This document shows positions 1 through 7,173 of a stretch of 10,143 nucleotides of DNA, one piece after another; position 1 is the first letter of the stretch, and each line of letters begins with the position of its first letter. Made by a program: the position numbers and the translations under genes. The notes beneath the pieces are model-generated. The model made no database searches. It saw only the letters and a list, made by a program, of their open reading frames with translations, and was not told where the DNA came from. The stretch lies in UHGV virus genome UHGV-2042139; one strand, written 5' to 3'. The DNA comes from a virus.

Positions 1-711
1 ATGAAAATTAGAAAAGTTGTTTTAACAAAAGCAGAGAAGTATTCTGATGAAATGGGTAATGAGATCCAGTACGAAGGTAGTTGTGACGTCAAACTAATTC
101 AGTTTAGAGGATCTAATAATAAACTTATCATTCATAAAGATGCATCATTAAAATATTTTGAGATATATTTTGACTGCAACAATGGGTATTTTGAAATTGG
201 CCCATGCCATATCGCAAACAAAGGTATACAAGCCCATATAAGAGTGGGTGAGAATTCCTCCATAAAAATAGGCTCTGATTTCACTTGCACTGGTAAAGGT
301 ATGATTTCTGCTGTAGAAAACTCAAGCATAATTATTGGCGATGACTGCATGTTTTCAAGTGGAAATGAAGTTAAAACTGATGACTCCCACCCTATTTTTA
401 GTGTAGTAACAGGTGAACGTATAAATATGCCAAAATCTATTTATATTGGAAGTCATGTCTGGGTTGGCCGCCGAGCGGCAATACTTGGTGGTGCAGAAAT
501 CGAAAGTGGTAGTGTTATTGGCTATGCAGCTGTTGTTAAAGGACACGTCCCAAATAACTCTATTGCAGCAGGAGTTCCAGCAAGAGTAATAAAAAAAGAC
601 ATTGCCTGGGAAAGACCTCATCTCTCCATACATAAACCTTATGTAAAGCCTAATAAGGACTCCATAAAAACCACAAGTGAATATTGGAACCTAACAAAAG
701 AAAAACAATAA
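1..711 (+). CDS. Hexapeptide-repeat (left-handed beta-helix) O-acetyltransferase, maltose/galactoside-acetyltransferase / NeuO-like; likely modifies a surface polysaccharide
   Basis: 236-aa ORF, ATG at 1, TAA at 709-711. Translation carries imperfect hexapeptide repeats and the typical C-terminal block (IYIGSHVWVGRRAAILGGAEIESGSVIGYAAVVKGHVPNNSIAAGVPARVIKK). The start coincides with the window edge, so the RBS and any upstream repeats cannot be seen. Confidence 0.8.
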   Translation: MKIRKVVLTKAEKYSDEMGNEIQYEGSCDVKLIQFRGSNNKLIIHKDASLKYFEIYFDCNNGYFEIGPCHIANKGIQAHIRVGENSSIKIGSDFTCTGKGMISAVENSSIIIGDDCMFSSGNEVKTDDSHPIFSVVTGERINMPKSIYIGSHVWVGRRAAILGGAEIESGSVIGYAAVVKGHVPNNSIAAGVPARVIKKDIAWERPHLSIHKPYVKPNKDSIKTTSEYWNLTKEKQ

Positions 712-745
712 AAACACACCATATATTGAACGACAAGTAAATCAC

Positions 746-790
746 ATGTCACTCCTAGAATGCGATATCTTTAAGGAGTGACATTTATCT
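746..790. terminator. Candidate bidirectional hairpin between the convergent acetyltransferase and tailspike genes
   Basis: Perfect 11-bp inverted repeat ATGTCACTCCT (746-756) / AGGAGTGACAT (774-784) with a 17-nt loop, followed by TTATCT on the + strand and a T-rich stretch on the - strand. The loop is long for a classic intrinsic terminator. Confidence 0.35.
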
Positions 791-866
791 ATAACAAATT
801 ACTAAAACACCCAAAAAACATAGACTTCAATTGGTAATATTGAGACTTAAGGTGTCAGTAAAATAG

Positions 867-3599
867 TTAATTTGCAAGCTTATTTTCCAGTTCTTCAATC
901 CTCTTTATAATATTTTTCTGACGTATACCTAATGCAGCAATCATTAGATACTGTAATTCATCATTTCTGAATGCATAGCGTTCTCCTGCTTCATGCGTAA
1001 TAGTTATAGCCTCACGAACAAGGTTACCTTCATCATCATAAACAGCTGGATCTGTATCTGTATATGCATCCCATCTGTCATAGCAGATCGCTCCGTATTT
1101 AAATGGATCAAGTCCATTCTCTCTGAATATTTCCATTGCCCGTTGCACCGTAAGTCCGGCATGAAGTCTGGCATCAGCTCCCTTATTTTTTACACTATCA
1201 AGCCATTGATAAAAACCAATTTCATCAACAAGAGCTAACCCAACCGCCTGCTCTTTATCGGAAAGAGTTCTGACTTCCGTTTTCTCTGTTGCATCAGATG
1301 TATTTATAGTTGCAGTCCCTGCGTAGACCTGAGAAAAGCGGTTAACGGACCTTCCAAGTGATACCTGGTTATCAGTTGTTGGCCTTAATGTCGTCGTCGC
1401 CCATGTCGATGTAGTATCTTTAGTCGCAGAAAATACTGTTACATTCCCCTGCTTAAGTCTGACGACACCTCCATCTGTAGAGGCAAGTATCAACTCACCA
1501 GCCGCAGATGGACAATCAGCAGCATGGATATCAATATAAGCACCACCCGCAGTATTCCCATCTTTAGAACGGAACTGCATACCTCGAAAGTTTGAGTCGA
1601 ATACTGCTTTCGTACTTACCCATGAATTATTGTCATGTCCGTAATCTGTATCAAACAGGTTAAGGTTATTTCCATAATTCAACTCGAGGGATTTGGTATA
1701 CTCTCCAATGGCTTCGTCAAATATCGCAATAGTAAATGAACCGTGCTCACGGTTAAAGGCGATATCAGTTCCAGCATAATATTGATGCGCGGTTCCGGTA
1801 TACGGATCGGATTCTGCACCATGCACTGGATGGTTGCCAAGAATATCAGACAGGTTTGCTATTCCAAACAGATGCTTATTTCTGCGAGTATAATCACCTG
1901 ATTTATATGTTGCGCCTGAATCCCATTCACCACTTGTCGCTGCAAGCGATGTTTTTAACCAATAAGACCTGTTTGTCGGAAGATTTCCCTTGTTATCACC
2001 AGTAACAATACTTACCCAATTTTTACCACGATGGCTTACAACATCCCCTGCGCTTTTCCATACATCCATAGCACCACAGACAAGTTCATCACCTCTTATT
2101 GCCAGCCCTTCAGGCTCAAAGCTAACCGGAACTCCGATTTTAGAGTCAGAACCATTTAACTGAGTCTCTGTATAAAGTGATGCGGCAAGTGATACAGGAA
2201 ATGAACGTATTAGCGTACCACCCATATCATAAATCTGTACTGTCCTTACGCATCTTGCAGGAACGCCACCCCAAATTGTGTAAATATATCTGCTATCTGA
2301 TGTAATACCCTGAAGTGTTGCACCATACTGACCTTTACCACGGACAAGTGGAACAGGACCATTAATCGGTCTAACTTTCATTGGGTTAGAAGAAGATTCC
2401 ACTTCTTTGCGATCATATACGTATAAAAAGCGGCCAGTCCCAGCGTTTGATGTCGCAATTAATATGACATATCGCCCATCATTAGATACACAAATACTTG
2501 CCCGCTGCGCAAGGTTAATCAGATTATTATCACCCGGCTCACCAAATACTCGGTAATGAGTTATATCTTCAGCAGATGTTGATGCCCCTTTCCATTTTGT
2601 CTTTGAATACCCCTTCCCTCCTAGAGAGGAACCAGTCTCAGCAATTGTTGTTGTAAACAGATATAGTTCACCGTTCTCTATTGTGGCAGAAAGATCTGAA
2701 CCGTGACCAAGAGGCAATGGCTCTGTAAATGTCACAACATAAAGAGTTGAACCATCGCTTGTATAGTGCCACTCACTGATCCTTGTGAGGGTGTCCGTTC
2801 CCCAGTTAGAACCTCCAACCTGTTGAGTGATAAAAACCTTCTCAATACCTTCATGCCTTACACAAGCTATTCCCTGCAATGCATTTTGTGCATTCGCATA
2901 TATAGTTGGCGCATTGATATCATCACCAAAATTCAGGGTCGCAAGTTTTCTTTGTCCAATGGAGAAACTTTGCATCGGCGGATTAACAGAAATGCGAACA
3001 CCATTACTGATTAGAACACCATCACCGGAGAAGCGTGAAATATCTATTTTCGATGCATCAACTATAAACTCACCAGAAGGCACATGAACCAAACCACTAT
3101 TTCCTGCGCTAGATGCGGCGTCAAGAAAAGCCTGTGTTGAATCTCTATTCCCAGAGTCATCCGCCCCCCACCCGCGAACGTCTTTATCATCCCGCCATCG
3201 TGCAATCTGTAATTCAGGGTATTTTTTAGCACCATCAGGATCTTCTAATTGCTGCCGTAACTGATCCGGGTCATACTTCAGCACATTCGGAAAATAGAAC
3301 TGCTGCGTACCATAAGCATCGTACACAGCCATAGAGTGTCCTTTCACAGTAACGAATTTGGCAATCTGTCCGTTATATACAGGATATCCAGCAGCATTGA
3401 TAACGATTGGTTGCGAAACAGGAACGTGAGAACCATCTTCATTCTCTACATAAACCTGAATCTGGTTTTCAGGATTTACAGGGTCAGTGTCAATTTTACC
3501 GATATAAATTTTTCCATTAGCTACGGCTTTAAAAGAACGAGCCATAGTGAAGAGTTGAGAAGGCATCCCAATTACAACATTTGGAGTTATATCAGGCAT
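867..3599 (-). CDS. Phage tailspike protein: P22 gp9-like N-terminal head-binding domain, divergent central receptor-binding/depolymerase body, C-terminal intramolecular-chaperone-like (peptidase S74-like) domain with terminal coiled coil
   Basis: N-terminus [59 protein letters not shown]...VLKYDPDQ matches the P22 tailspike head-binding domain ([43 protein letters not shown]...). C-terminal stretch [34 protein letters not shown]...[11 protein letters not shown]...IEELENKL resembles the autocleaving chaperone domain of endosialidase-type tailspikes, as recalled from memory. Start chosen at the ATG at 3599 (AGGA 8 nt upstream); an alternative ATG lies at 3608, and the ORF-track start at 3752 is an upstream extension with no homology. 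Confidence 0.85.
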   Translation of the reverse strand: MPDITPNVVIGMPSQLFTMARSFKAVANGKIYIGKIDTDPVNPENQIQVYVENEDGSHVPVSQPIVINAAGYPVYNGQIAKFVTVKGHSMAVYDAYGTQQFYFPNVLKYDPDQLRQQLEDPDGAKKYPELQIARWRDDKDVRGWGADDSGNRDSTQAFLDAASSAGNSGLVHVPSGEFIVDASKIDISRFSGDGVLISNGVRISVNPPMQSFSIGQRKLATLNFGDDINAPTIYANAQNALQGIACVRHEGIEKVFITQQVGGSNWGTDTLTRISEWHYTSDGSTLYVVTFTEPLPLGHGSDLSATIENGELYLFTTTIAETGSSLGGKGYSKTKWKGASTSAEDITHYRVFGEPGDNNLINLAQRASICVSNDGRYVILIATSNAGTGRFLYVYDRKEVESSSNPMKVRPINGPVPLVRGKGQYGATLQGITSDSRYIYTIWGGVPARCVRTVQIYDMGGTLIRSFPVSLAASLYTETQLNGSDSKIGVPVSFEPEGLAIRGDELVCGAMDVWKSAGDVVSHRGKNWVSIVTGDNKGNLPTNRSYWLKTSLAATSGEWDSGATYKSGDYTRRNKHLFGIANLSDILGNHPVHGAESDPYTGTAHQYYAGTDIAFNREHGSFTIAIFDEAIGEYTKSLELNYGNNLNLFDTDYGHDNNSWVSTKAVFDSNFRGMQFRSKDGNTAGGAYIDIHAADCPSAAGELILASTDGGVVRLKQGNVTVFSATKDTTSTWATTTLRPTTDNQVSLGRSVNRFSQVYAGTATINTSDATEKTEVRTLSDKEQAVGLALVDEIGFYQWLDSVKNKGADARLHAGLTVQRAMEIFRENGLDPFKYGAICYDRWDAYTDTDPAVYDDEGNLVREAITITHEAGERYAFRNDELQYLMIAALGIRQKNIIKRIEELENKLAN

Positions 3600-3916
3600 A
3601 TTAGTCATCCTGTTTGAAAATTTAGATATTGAAGAAAACGGAATGACTGCAGACAAAGATGCAATTGTTTTGAAAAATAATCTTCTATTCACTTTAAAAC
3701 TATGCAACATGAACAAAACAATTATTTTACAACAAGCAAGAATCTTGATCAACAGACATATGCTTTATGCGTTTAATGCGTCACTTAAAAATAACAAGTA
3801 CTACTTTTATTCCTATCGTCCATGATTTTCATTTTCAAATATTATTAAATAACAATTCCTATTTATAATATCTGTCATTTAATCTGCTCCAGATAAAAGG
3901 AATCGCTGCAGCATTG

Positions 3917-3961
3917 CCACAGTGATGCATTATTAATCAAACAAAGAGACCACAGTGGTCT
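3917..3961. promoter_or_regulatory. Candidate operator region: 15-bp perfect palindrome plus an upstream CACAGTG core copy, in the tailspike-mnt intergenic region
   Basis: AGACCACAGTGGTCT at 3947-3961 is a perfect 7+1+7 palindrome about 70 bp upstream of the mnt ATG. A second copy of CCACAGTG lies at 3917-3924, with centres 33 bp apart. Promoter hexamers could not be assigned confidently by eye. Confidence 0.35.
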
Positions 3962-4024
3962 TATTGAGGATGCAACCAGCAGATAATAAGATGCCGATCC
4001 ACTCACAAAAGCGAGGCATCAAGA

Positions 4025-4276
4025 ATGGGAAGAGATGACCCGCAATTTAATCTGCGGCTACCTTACGAATTAAAGGAAAAACTAAAACAGCGAGCCAAAT
4101 CCAATTGCCGCTCTCTTAATTCAGAATTAGTTCAGATAGTGACTGATGCTGTATCAAAGCCATCCAAAATTTCAGGCTATCGAGACGATGCGGAACGAAT
4201 CGCTGATGAGCAGTCCGAACTTGTTAAGAAGATGGTGTTTGATACGCTGAAAGATTTGTACAAAAAACCCACCTGA
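4025..4276 (+). CDS. mnt: Mnt-type ribbon-helix-helix repressor (Arc/MetJ superfamily) with C-terminal tetramerisation coiled coil
   Basis: 83-aa ORF with GAGG 8 nt upstream of the ATG. MGRDDPQFNLRLPYELKEKLKQRAKSNCRSLNSELVQIV...YRDDAERIADEQSELVKKMVFDTLKDLYKKPT aligns along its full length with P22 Mnt as recalled (ARDDPHFNFRMPMEVREKLKFRAEANGRSMNSELLQIV...AERLADEQSELVKKMVFDTLKDLYKKTT). The N-terminal strand reads PQFNLR, as in P22 Arc. Confidence 0.85.
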   Translation: MGRDDPQFNLRLPYELKEKLKQRAKSNCRSLNSELVQIVTDAVSKPSKISGYRDDAERIADEQSELVKKMVFDTLKDLYKKPT

Positions 4277-4291
4277 TGGTGGGTTCCATTT
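4261..4291. terminator. Bidirectional intrinsic terminator shared by the convergent mnt and lipoprotein genes
   Basis: Perfect 8-bp stem AACCCACC (4266-4273) / GGTGGGTT (4278-4285) with loop TGAT. It is flanked by an A-run on the left, giving a U-tract for the minus-strand transcript, and by CCATTTATT on the right. The mnt stop codon TGA sits in the loop. Confidence 0.6.
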
Positions 4292-4292
4292 A

Positions 4293-4712
4293 TTAGTCTT
4301 GCTTTGTGGACGGTATAAGTGATGCATTTGCCTCTTTTGGCTTCAAGGTATACATTCCACCATTAAATGGATCTACAGCAAGCCAACCAATTAACCCACC
4401 AAACACAAGGTTCCCACCAATATACCAACCATTAGCATTGGCTTTGATTGGCAGGGTAACTGGTTCATACCCATCCTTCTCCATAGTGATCTGGTAGCTC
4501 TTTTTGCCAAAATAGCTACCATCTGACTTGGCGAGCGTTACACCTTGTGGGGTCTTACCTTGCGCAACAATCACACCTGACTCATCTTTTACCTTAAAGC
4601 TCGCGCCAGAAGGATTGCTGTTCACTTGCACAAGTTGCGTTTCATCACCAACAATAGTTGCGCACCCAGATAACATGATAACGCCAGCAACGACGCTAAT
4701 AATCCTCTTCAT
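4293..4712 (-). CDS. Lipoprotein with PEGA-like beta domain and C-terminal glycine-zipper segment; function unknown (candidate superinfection-exclusion or envelope protein)
   Basis: Signal peptide with lipobox (MKRIISVVAGVIMLSGC), then a PEGA-like pattern (VQVNSNPSGASFKVKDESGVIVAQGKTPQGVTL...GYEPVTLPIKA) and GGNLVFGGLIGWL. Start taken at the internal ATG at 4712 (lipoprotein signal begins there); the ORF-track start at 4745 would add an acidic 11-residue extension. Ends 7 nt before the terminator hairpin. Confidence 0.7.
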   Translation of the reverse strand: MKRIISVVAGVIMLSGCATIVGDETQLVQVNSNPSGASFKVKDESGVIVAQGKTPQGVTLAKSDGSYFGKKSYQITMEKDGYEPVTLPIKANANGWYIGGNLVFGGLIGWLAVDPFNGGMYTLKPKEANASLIPSTKQD

Positions 4713-4830
4713 ATCAATTTCCATATTTAAAAAAAACGGAAACATCCTAATGACAAATCATTCAAATGTGAAGTAGGCAAAAGATGTTTACTTTTTTCAT
4801 GGTATCCTGCTCAAAACTAAGGAGGTTGGT

Positions 4831-5154
4831 GTGTATACAACAGTTATCGTGATAGCTATCGCACTCATTGTGGTTCAGTACCAACTGGCATCTTTAAAAC
4901 AAAAGATATCTGACCTCAAGACTGAGAACGAAGCACTTAAAAACTCAATAAAAGATGAGAAGAACAAACTATCATTCACTATATCTGATATTGAGCAATC
5001 CATTGAAATTATTGAGAATAATATTAACAGACTAAAAAAAGAAGATATTCATGAAATCAATGACAATATCAAGGATTTGAAATCTTGGCTTAGGAATGTA
5101 GGGCAAATCGCCACATCAACACGAGATAAGCTCAATCCATCCATGGATGATTAA
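4831..5154 (+). CDS. Small membrane-anchored coiled-coil protein (N-terminal transmembrane helix, then heptad-rich domain); function unknown
   Basis: GTG start preceded by a strong SD, AAGGAGGT, at 4819-4826. N-terminal hydrophobic helix TTVIVIAIALIVVQY followed by a Lys/Glu-rich coiled-coil-like sequence. Markedly more AT-rich than its neighbours. Its TAA stop (5152-5154) directly abuts the stop of the convergent ORF (5155-5157). Confidence 0.6.
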   Translation: MYTTVIVIAIALIVVQYQLASLKQKISDLKTENEALKNSIKDEKNKLSFTISDIEQSIEIIENNINRLKKEDIHEINDNIKDLKSWLRNVGQIATSTRDKLNPSMDD

Positions 5155-5910
5155 TTACTCCTGTGCTATTCCGCTTAGCGACGCTACAATGCCAGCCCTC
5201 GCTAAGCGATTGAACTCTTCGTTTCCAACTGCATCACGTATTGCTTTTACGGCGGCTTTATTTGCCATAAATCTGCGTTCCGCCGCCGCTAATGCTTCTT
5301 TACTTCCGCCAGCTCTTACTGCTTTCGTGGCTTCCTGAACTGCTTTCTCTATCGCATATCGACCGCTACGCGTGGTGGCAATTTTAGATACAGCGCCTTT
5401 TAACCCGGCGCCAACTAAAGCACCTGCGGCAGCGCCTGCAATGCCCCCTCCTGCTCCACCAACAATGGCACCTGATGTTGAGTTGGCAATTGCATTTAAC
5501 ACTGTTGATGTGACGTTGGATAAACCGGCATCCAGATCGCGTAGTACATTGGCAGTTCTCCCTGTTCTTTCAATATACTGCTGAGGTTTCACTGCTGCTC
5601 TTGCAAGAGTGCCATATGCATCAGCAATTCTTCCAAGTTCTGAGGAATATCGGCTAATGGCTTTTACATTTTGTGGAGTGAGTATCTCTGCGATATGGTT
5701 AATTCCTGCTGCATCAGCTTTGCCACCACGTACACCATGCGAGATAGCATCTTGCAACATTGATGATATAGCAGGAACACGCTCTGATTCTGGCAGCGCG
5801 CGGATCATAGAATGGAACCCAGCAGGACCATTAAGACCTTTAATAGGATTCGACCCTAAGCGAGATATGCCATTCAAAGGAACTCGCCACAACGCGCTTG
5901 ATGATGCCAT
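5155..5910 (-). CDS. GC-rich Gly/Ala-rich hypothetical protein with glycine-zipper segment; possibly a 3' remnant of a larger virion (ejection-protein-like) gene or an intact membrane-active protein
   Basis: Uninterrupted 251-codon ORF containing GAIVGGAGGGIAGAAAGALVGAGLKGA. No convincing SD before the ATG at 5910. The opposite strand is broken into three same-frame ORFs with low-complexity Pro/Ala translations, consistent with the minus strand being the coding one. GC-rich sequence inflates ORF length, so confidence is moderate. Confidence 0.45.
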   Translation of the reverse strand: MASSSALWRVPLNGISRLGSNPIKGLNGPAGFHSMIRALPESERVPAISSMLQDAISHGVRGGKADAAGINHIAEILTPQNVKAISRYSSELGRIADAYGTLARAAVKPQQYIERTGRTANVLRDLDAGLSNVTSTVLNAIANSTSGAIVGGAGGGIAGAAAGALVGAGLKGAVSKIATTRSGRYAIEKAVQEATKAVRAGGSKEALAAAERRFMANKAAVKAIRDAVGNEEFNRLARAGIVASLSGIAQE

Positions 5911-5959
5911 TCACCAAGCCAAATACGTTTCAGCGATCTGGAAAAAGTTAGCTAAATAA
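5873..5959 (+). pseudogene. Possible 3'-terminal remnant of a DnaQ-like (DEDDh) 3'-5' exonuclease gene
   Basis: Plus-strand translation ends ...FKGTRHNALDDAIHQAKYVSAIWKKLAK, stopping at 5957-5959, 16 nt before the SD/ATG of the next operon gene. HNALDDA resembles the Exo III motif (H-x-A-x-x-D) of DEDDh exonucleases. No motifs I or II upstream. Partly antisense to the first codons of the 5155..5910 ORF. Confidence 0.2.
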
Positions 5960-5975
5960 TCAACAGGAGAAAACC

Positions 5976-6269
5976 ATGCCAGCGCCTCTGTATGGTGCGG
6001 ACGACGCGCGCCGCTGTTCCGGCAATTCCGTATCGGAGGTGCTGGATAAATTCAGAAAAAACTACGACCGGATAATGTCGCTACCGCAGGAAACGAAAGA
6101 GGAAAAGGAATTTCGCCACTGTATATGGCTTGCAGAGAAAGAAGAACGCGAGCGAATTTACCAGACATCAATCCAACCATTCCGCAAAGCCACATATACC
6201 CACTTCCCTGAAATTGACCCGCGCCTGCGTAATTACCGCTCACGTTATGGCGCTATCAGTAATGACTGA
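5976..6269 (+). CDS. Hypothetical protein, first gene of an early-region-type small-gene operon
   Basis: 97-aa ORF, ATG at 5976 with SD AGGAGA 5 nt upstream. No family recognised from the translation. Confidence 0.6.
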   Translation: MPAPLYGADDARRCSGNSVSEVLDKFRKNYDRIMSLPQETKEEKEFRHCIWLAEKEERERIYQTSIQPFRKATYTHFPEIDPRLRNYRSRYGAISND

Positions 6270-6279
6270 GGAATTTACC

Positions 6280-6444
6280 ATGAGAGGACTTGCATACAAT
6301 CCCGGCATTCTTCCGGCAGAAATGATTATTCGCCAACGCGTAAAGCCAATGCCATCGAGAGAGGAATTGCTTAAGAGAAATTCTTTTCCATCAGTAAATC
6401 AAAACAAATATCTGAATGCGATGTGGCGGAGTGGGAAGAAATGA
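6280..6444 (+). CDS. Small hypothetical protein (54 aa)
   Basis: ATG at 6280 with SD GAGGA 7 nt upstream, immediately after the stop of the preceding gene. The longer ORF-track version from 6130 overlaps the upstream gene out of frame and is rejected. Confidence 0.5.
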   Translation: MRGLAYNPGILPAEMIIRQRVKPMPSREELLKRNSFPSVNQNKYLNAMWRSGKK

Positions 6445-6962
6445 AACAAATGTCACTAATTGAGATGGATGGATTTCTGAAAGGTAAATGCATCCCACGA
6501 GATTTAAAGGTTAACGAAACAAACGCTGAATATCTTGTCCGTAAGTTCGGTGAACTTGAATCAAAACTCAACGAGCAGCGTGAGTATTACGAGGGCGTTA
6601 TCTCGGATGGGAGTAAGCGTATTGCTGAACTGGAGAAAAGCGAAGAGCAACTCATCAACGAGCTTGACCATGCTGAGTATGCTTTAGCTGATATGTACTT
6701 TGCAGCAACCGGGGATAGGTCTGAGTGGAGTAACTGTTTCAGTTTTTCAGATGCTGTCGATGCCGTGGTTGACAGAATTGCTGATTTAGAAGCTAAACAG
6801 CCATCGCCAGTAGTGCCGGAAGGACTGGTTAAAGCAGTGCGCTTCTATGAGCAGGTAAAACGTGAGAATCCGCCAGCCGAAACCGGAGCATGGAAAGACG
6901 CTGTTTACTGGGTGCTCAAAGAGGCTTGTCAGGTTGTAAACACTGGCATCAAAGGAGACTGA
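6441..6962 (+). CDS. Hypothetical protein with central coiled-coil region (173 aa)
   Basis: ATG at 6441 overlaps the upstream stop (ATGA at 6441-6444), indicating translational coupling. The ORF-track start at 6423 is a GTG. No family recognised. Confidence 0.6.
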   Translation: MKQMSLIEMDGFLKGKCIPRDLKVNETNAEYLVRKFGELESKLNEQREYYEGVISDGSKRIAELEKSEEQLINELDHAEYALADMYFAATGDRSEWSNCFSFSDAVDAVVDRIADLEAKQPSPVVPEGLVKAVRFYEQVKRENPPAETGAWKDAVYWVLKEACQVVNTGIKGD

Positions 6963-6963
6963 T

Positions 6964-7173
6964 ATGGCTATTGCCGCAAGTTACACCATGCATCTCTATT
7001 GTGACTGCCGTCAGTGCACGGAAGGTGTATATCCAGTGCCAGACTTCGGTGAGTATATCGGTACGTCATGGGCTGGCTGTGCAAAAGAGGCGCGCAAGGA
7101 TGGCTGGCGAATAAGCAAAGACAAAACGCGTGCTTTTGCGCCCGGGCATAAAGTTTTGAGGATTAACAAATGA
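6964..7173 (+). CDS. Small Cys-containing hypothetical protein (69 aa), possible metal-binding
   Basis: ATG at 6964, one nucleotide after the upstream stop, with SD GGAG 6 nt upstream. Contains CDCRQC plus a further Cys. Confidence 0.55.
   Translation: MAIAASYTMHLYCDCRQCTEGVYPVPDFGEYIGTSWAGCAKEARKDGWRISKDKTRAFAPGHKVLRINK

Noticed and set aside
132-633. Minus-strand ORFs (132-350, 355-633) inside the acetyltransferase gene
   Set aside because: Antisense to a well-supported hexapeptide-repeat CDS; low-complexity translations; no RBS.
1-3599. Identification of the pair as NeuO plus K1 endosialidase (CUS-3-type)
   Set aside because: The C-terminal chaperone-like domain and the acetyltransferase class are compatible with this, but I could not recognise endosialidase catalytic motifs in the central domain from memory, and no AAGACTC heptad repeats are present in the window. 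The identification is left open pending a search.
993-3617. Plus-strand ORFs (993-1238, 2766-3014, 2827-3087, 3336-3617) inside the tailspike gene
   Set aside because: Antisense to a strongly supported tailspike CDS; Cys/Ile-rich low-complexity translations typical of shadow ORFs.
3600-3752. ORF-track N-terminal extension of the tailspike (start at 3752, [14 protein letters not shown]...)
   Set aside because: The extension has no similarity to tailspike N-termini. Homology to P22 gp9 begins exactly at MPDITPNVV, and the ATG at 3599 has a properly spaced AGGA.
3643-3825. 60-aa plus-strand ORF in the tailspike upstream region
   Set aside because: AT-rich low-complexity translation, no usable SD, and it lies antisense within the tailspike leader and promoter region; likely spurious.
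3816-3878. Mini-ORF on the minus strand with GGAG-N8-ATG and translation MTDII..., resembling the first four residues of the P22 tailspike
   Set aside because: Only 21 codons and a 4-residue match, which is too short to tell a relic of an older tailspike start from chance. Worth noting only if an alignment to related phages shows synteny here.
4721-4740. A8/T8 homopolymer tract (4729-4736) upstream of the lipoprotein start, considered as a slipped-strand phase-variation switch
   Set aside because: Eight residues is short for efficient slippage, and the tract lies in the leader rather than in the coding sequence if the start at 4712 is correct; no supporting evidence.
4306-4776. Plus-strand ORFs (4306-4497, 4528-4776) overlapping the lipoprotein gene
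   Set aside because: Shadow ORFs opposite a CDS with a clear signal peptide and lipobox.
5147-5584. Plus-strand ORFs 5147-5338 and 5372-5584 opposite the Gly/Ala-rich ORF
   Set aside because: Pro/Ala-rich low-complexity translations broken by stops in a single frame, as expected for the antisense of GC-rich Gly/Ala coding sequence. Only the extreme 3' plus-strand segment (5873-5959) shows a recognisable motif, and that is reported separately.
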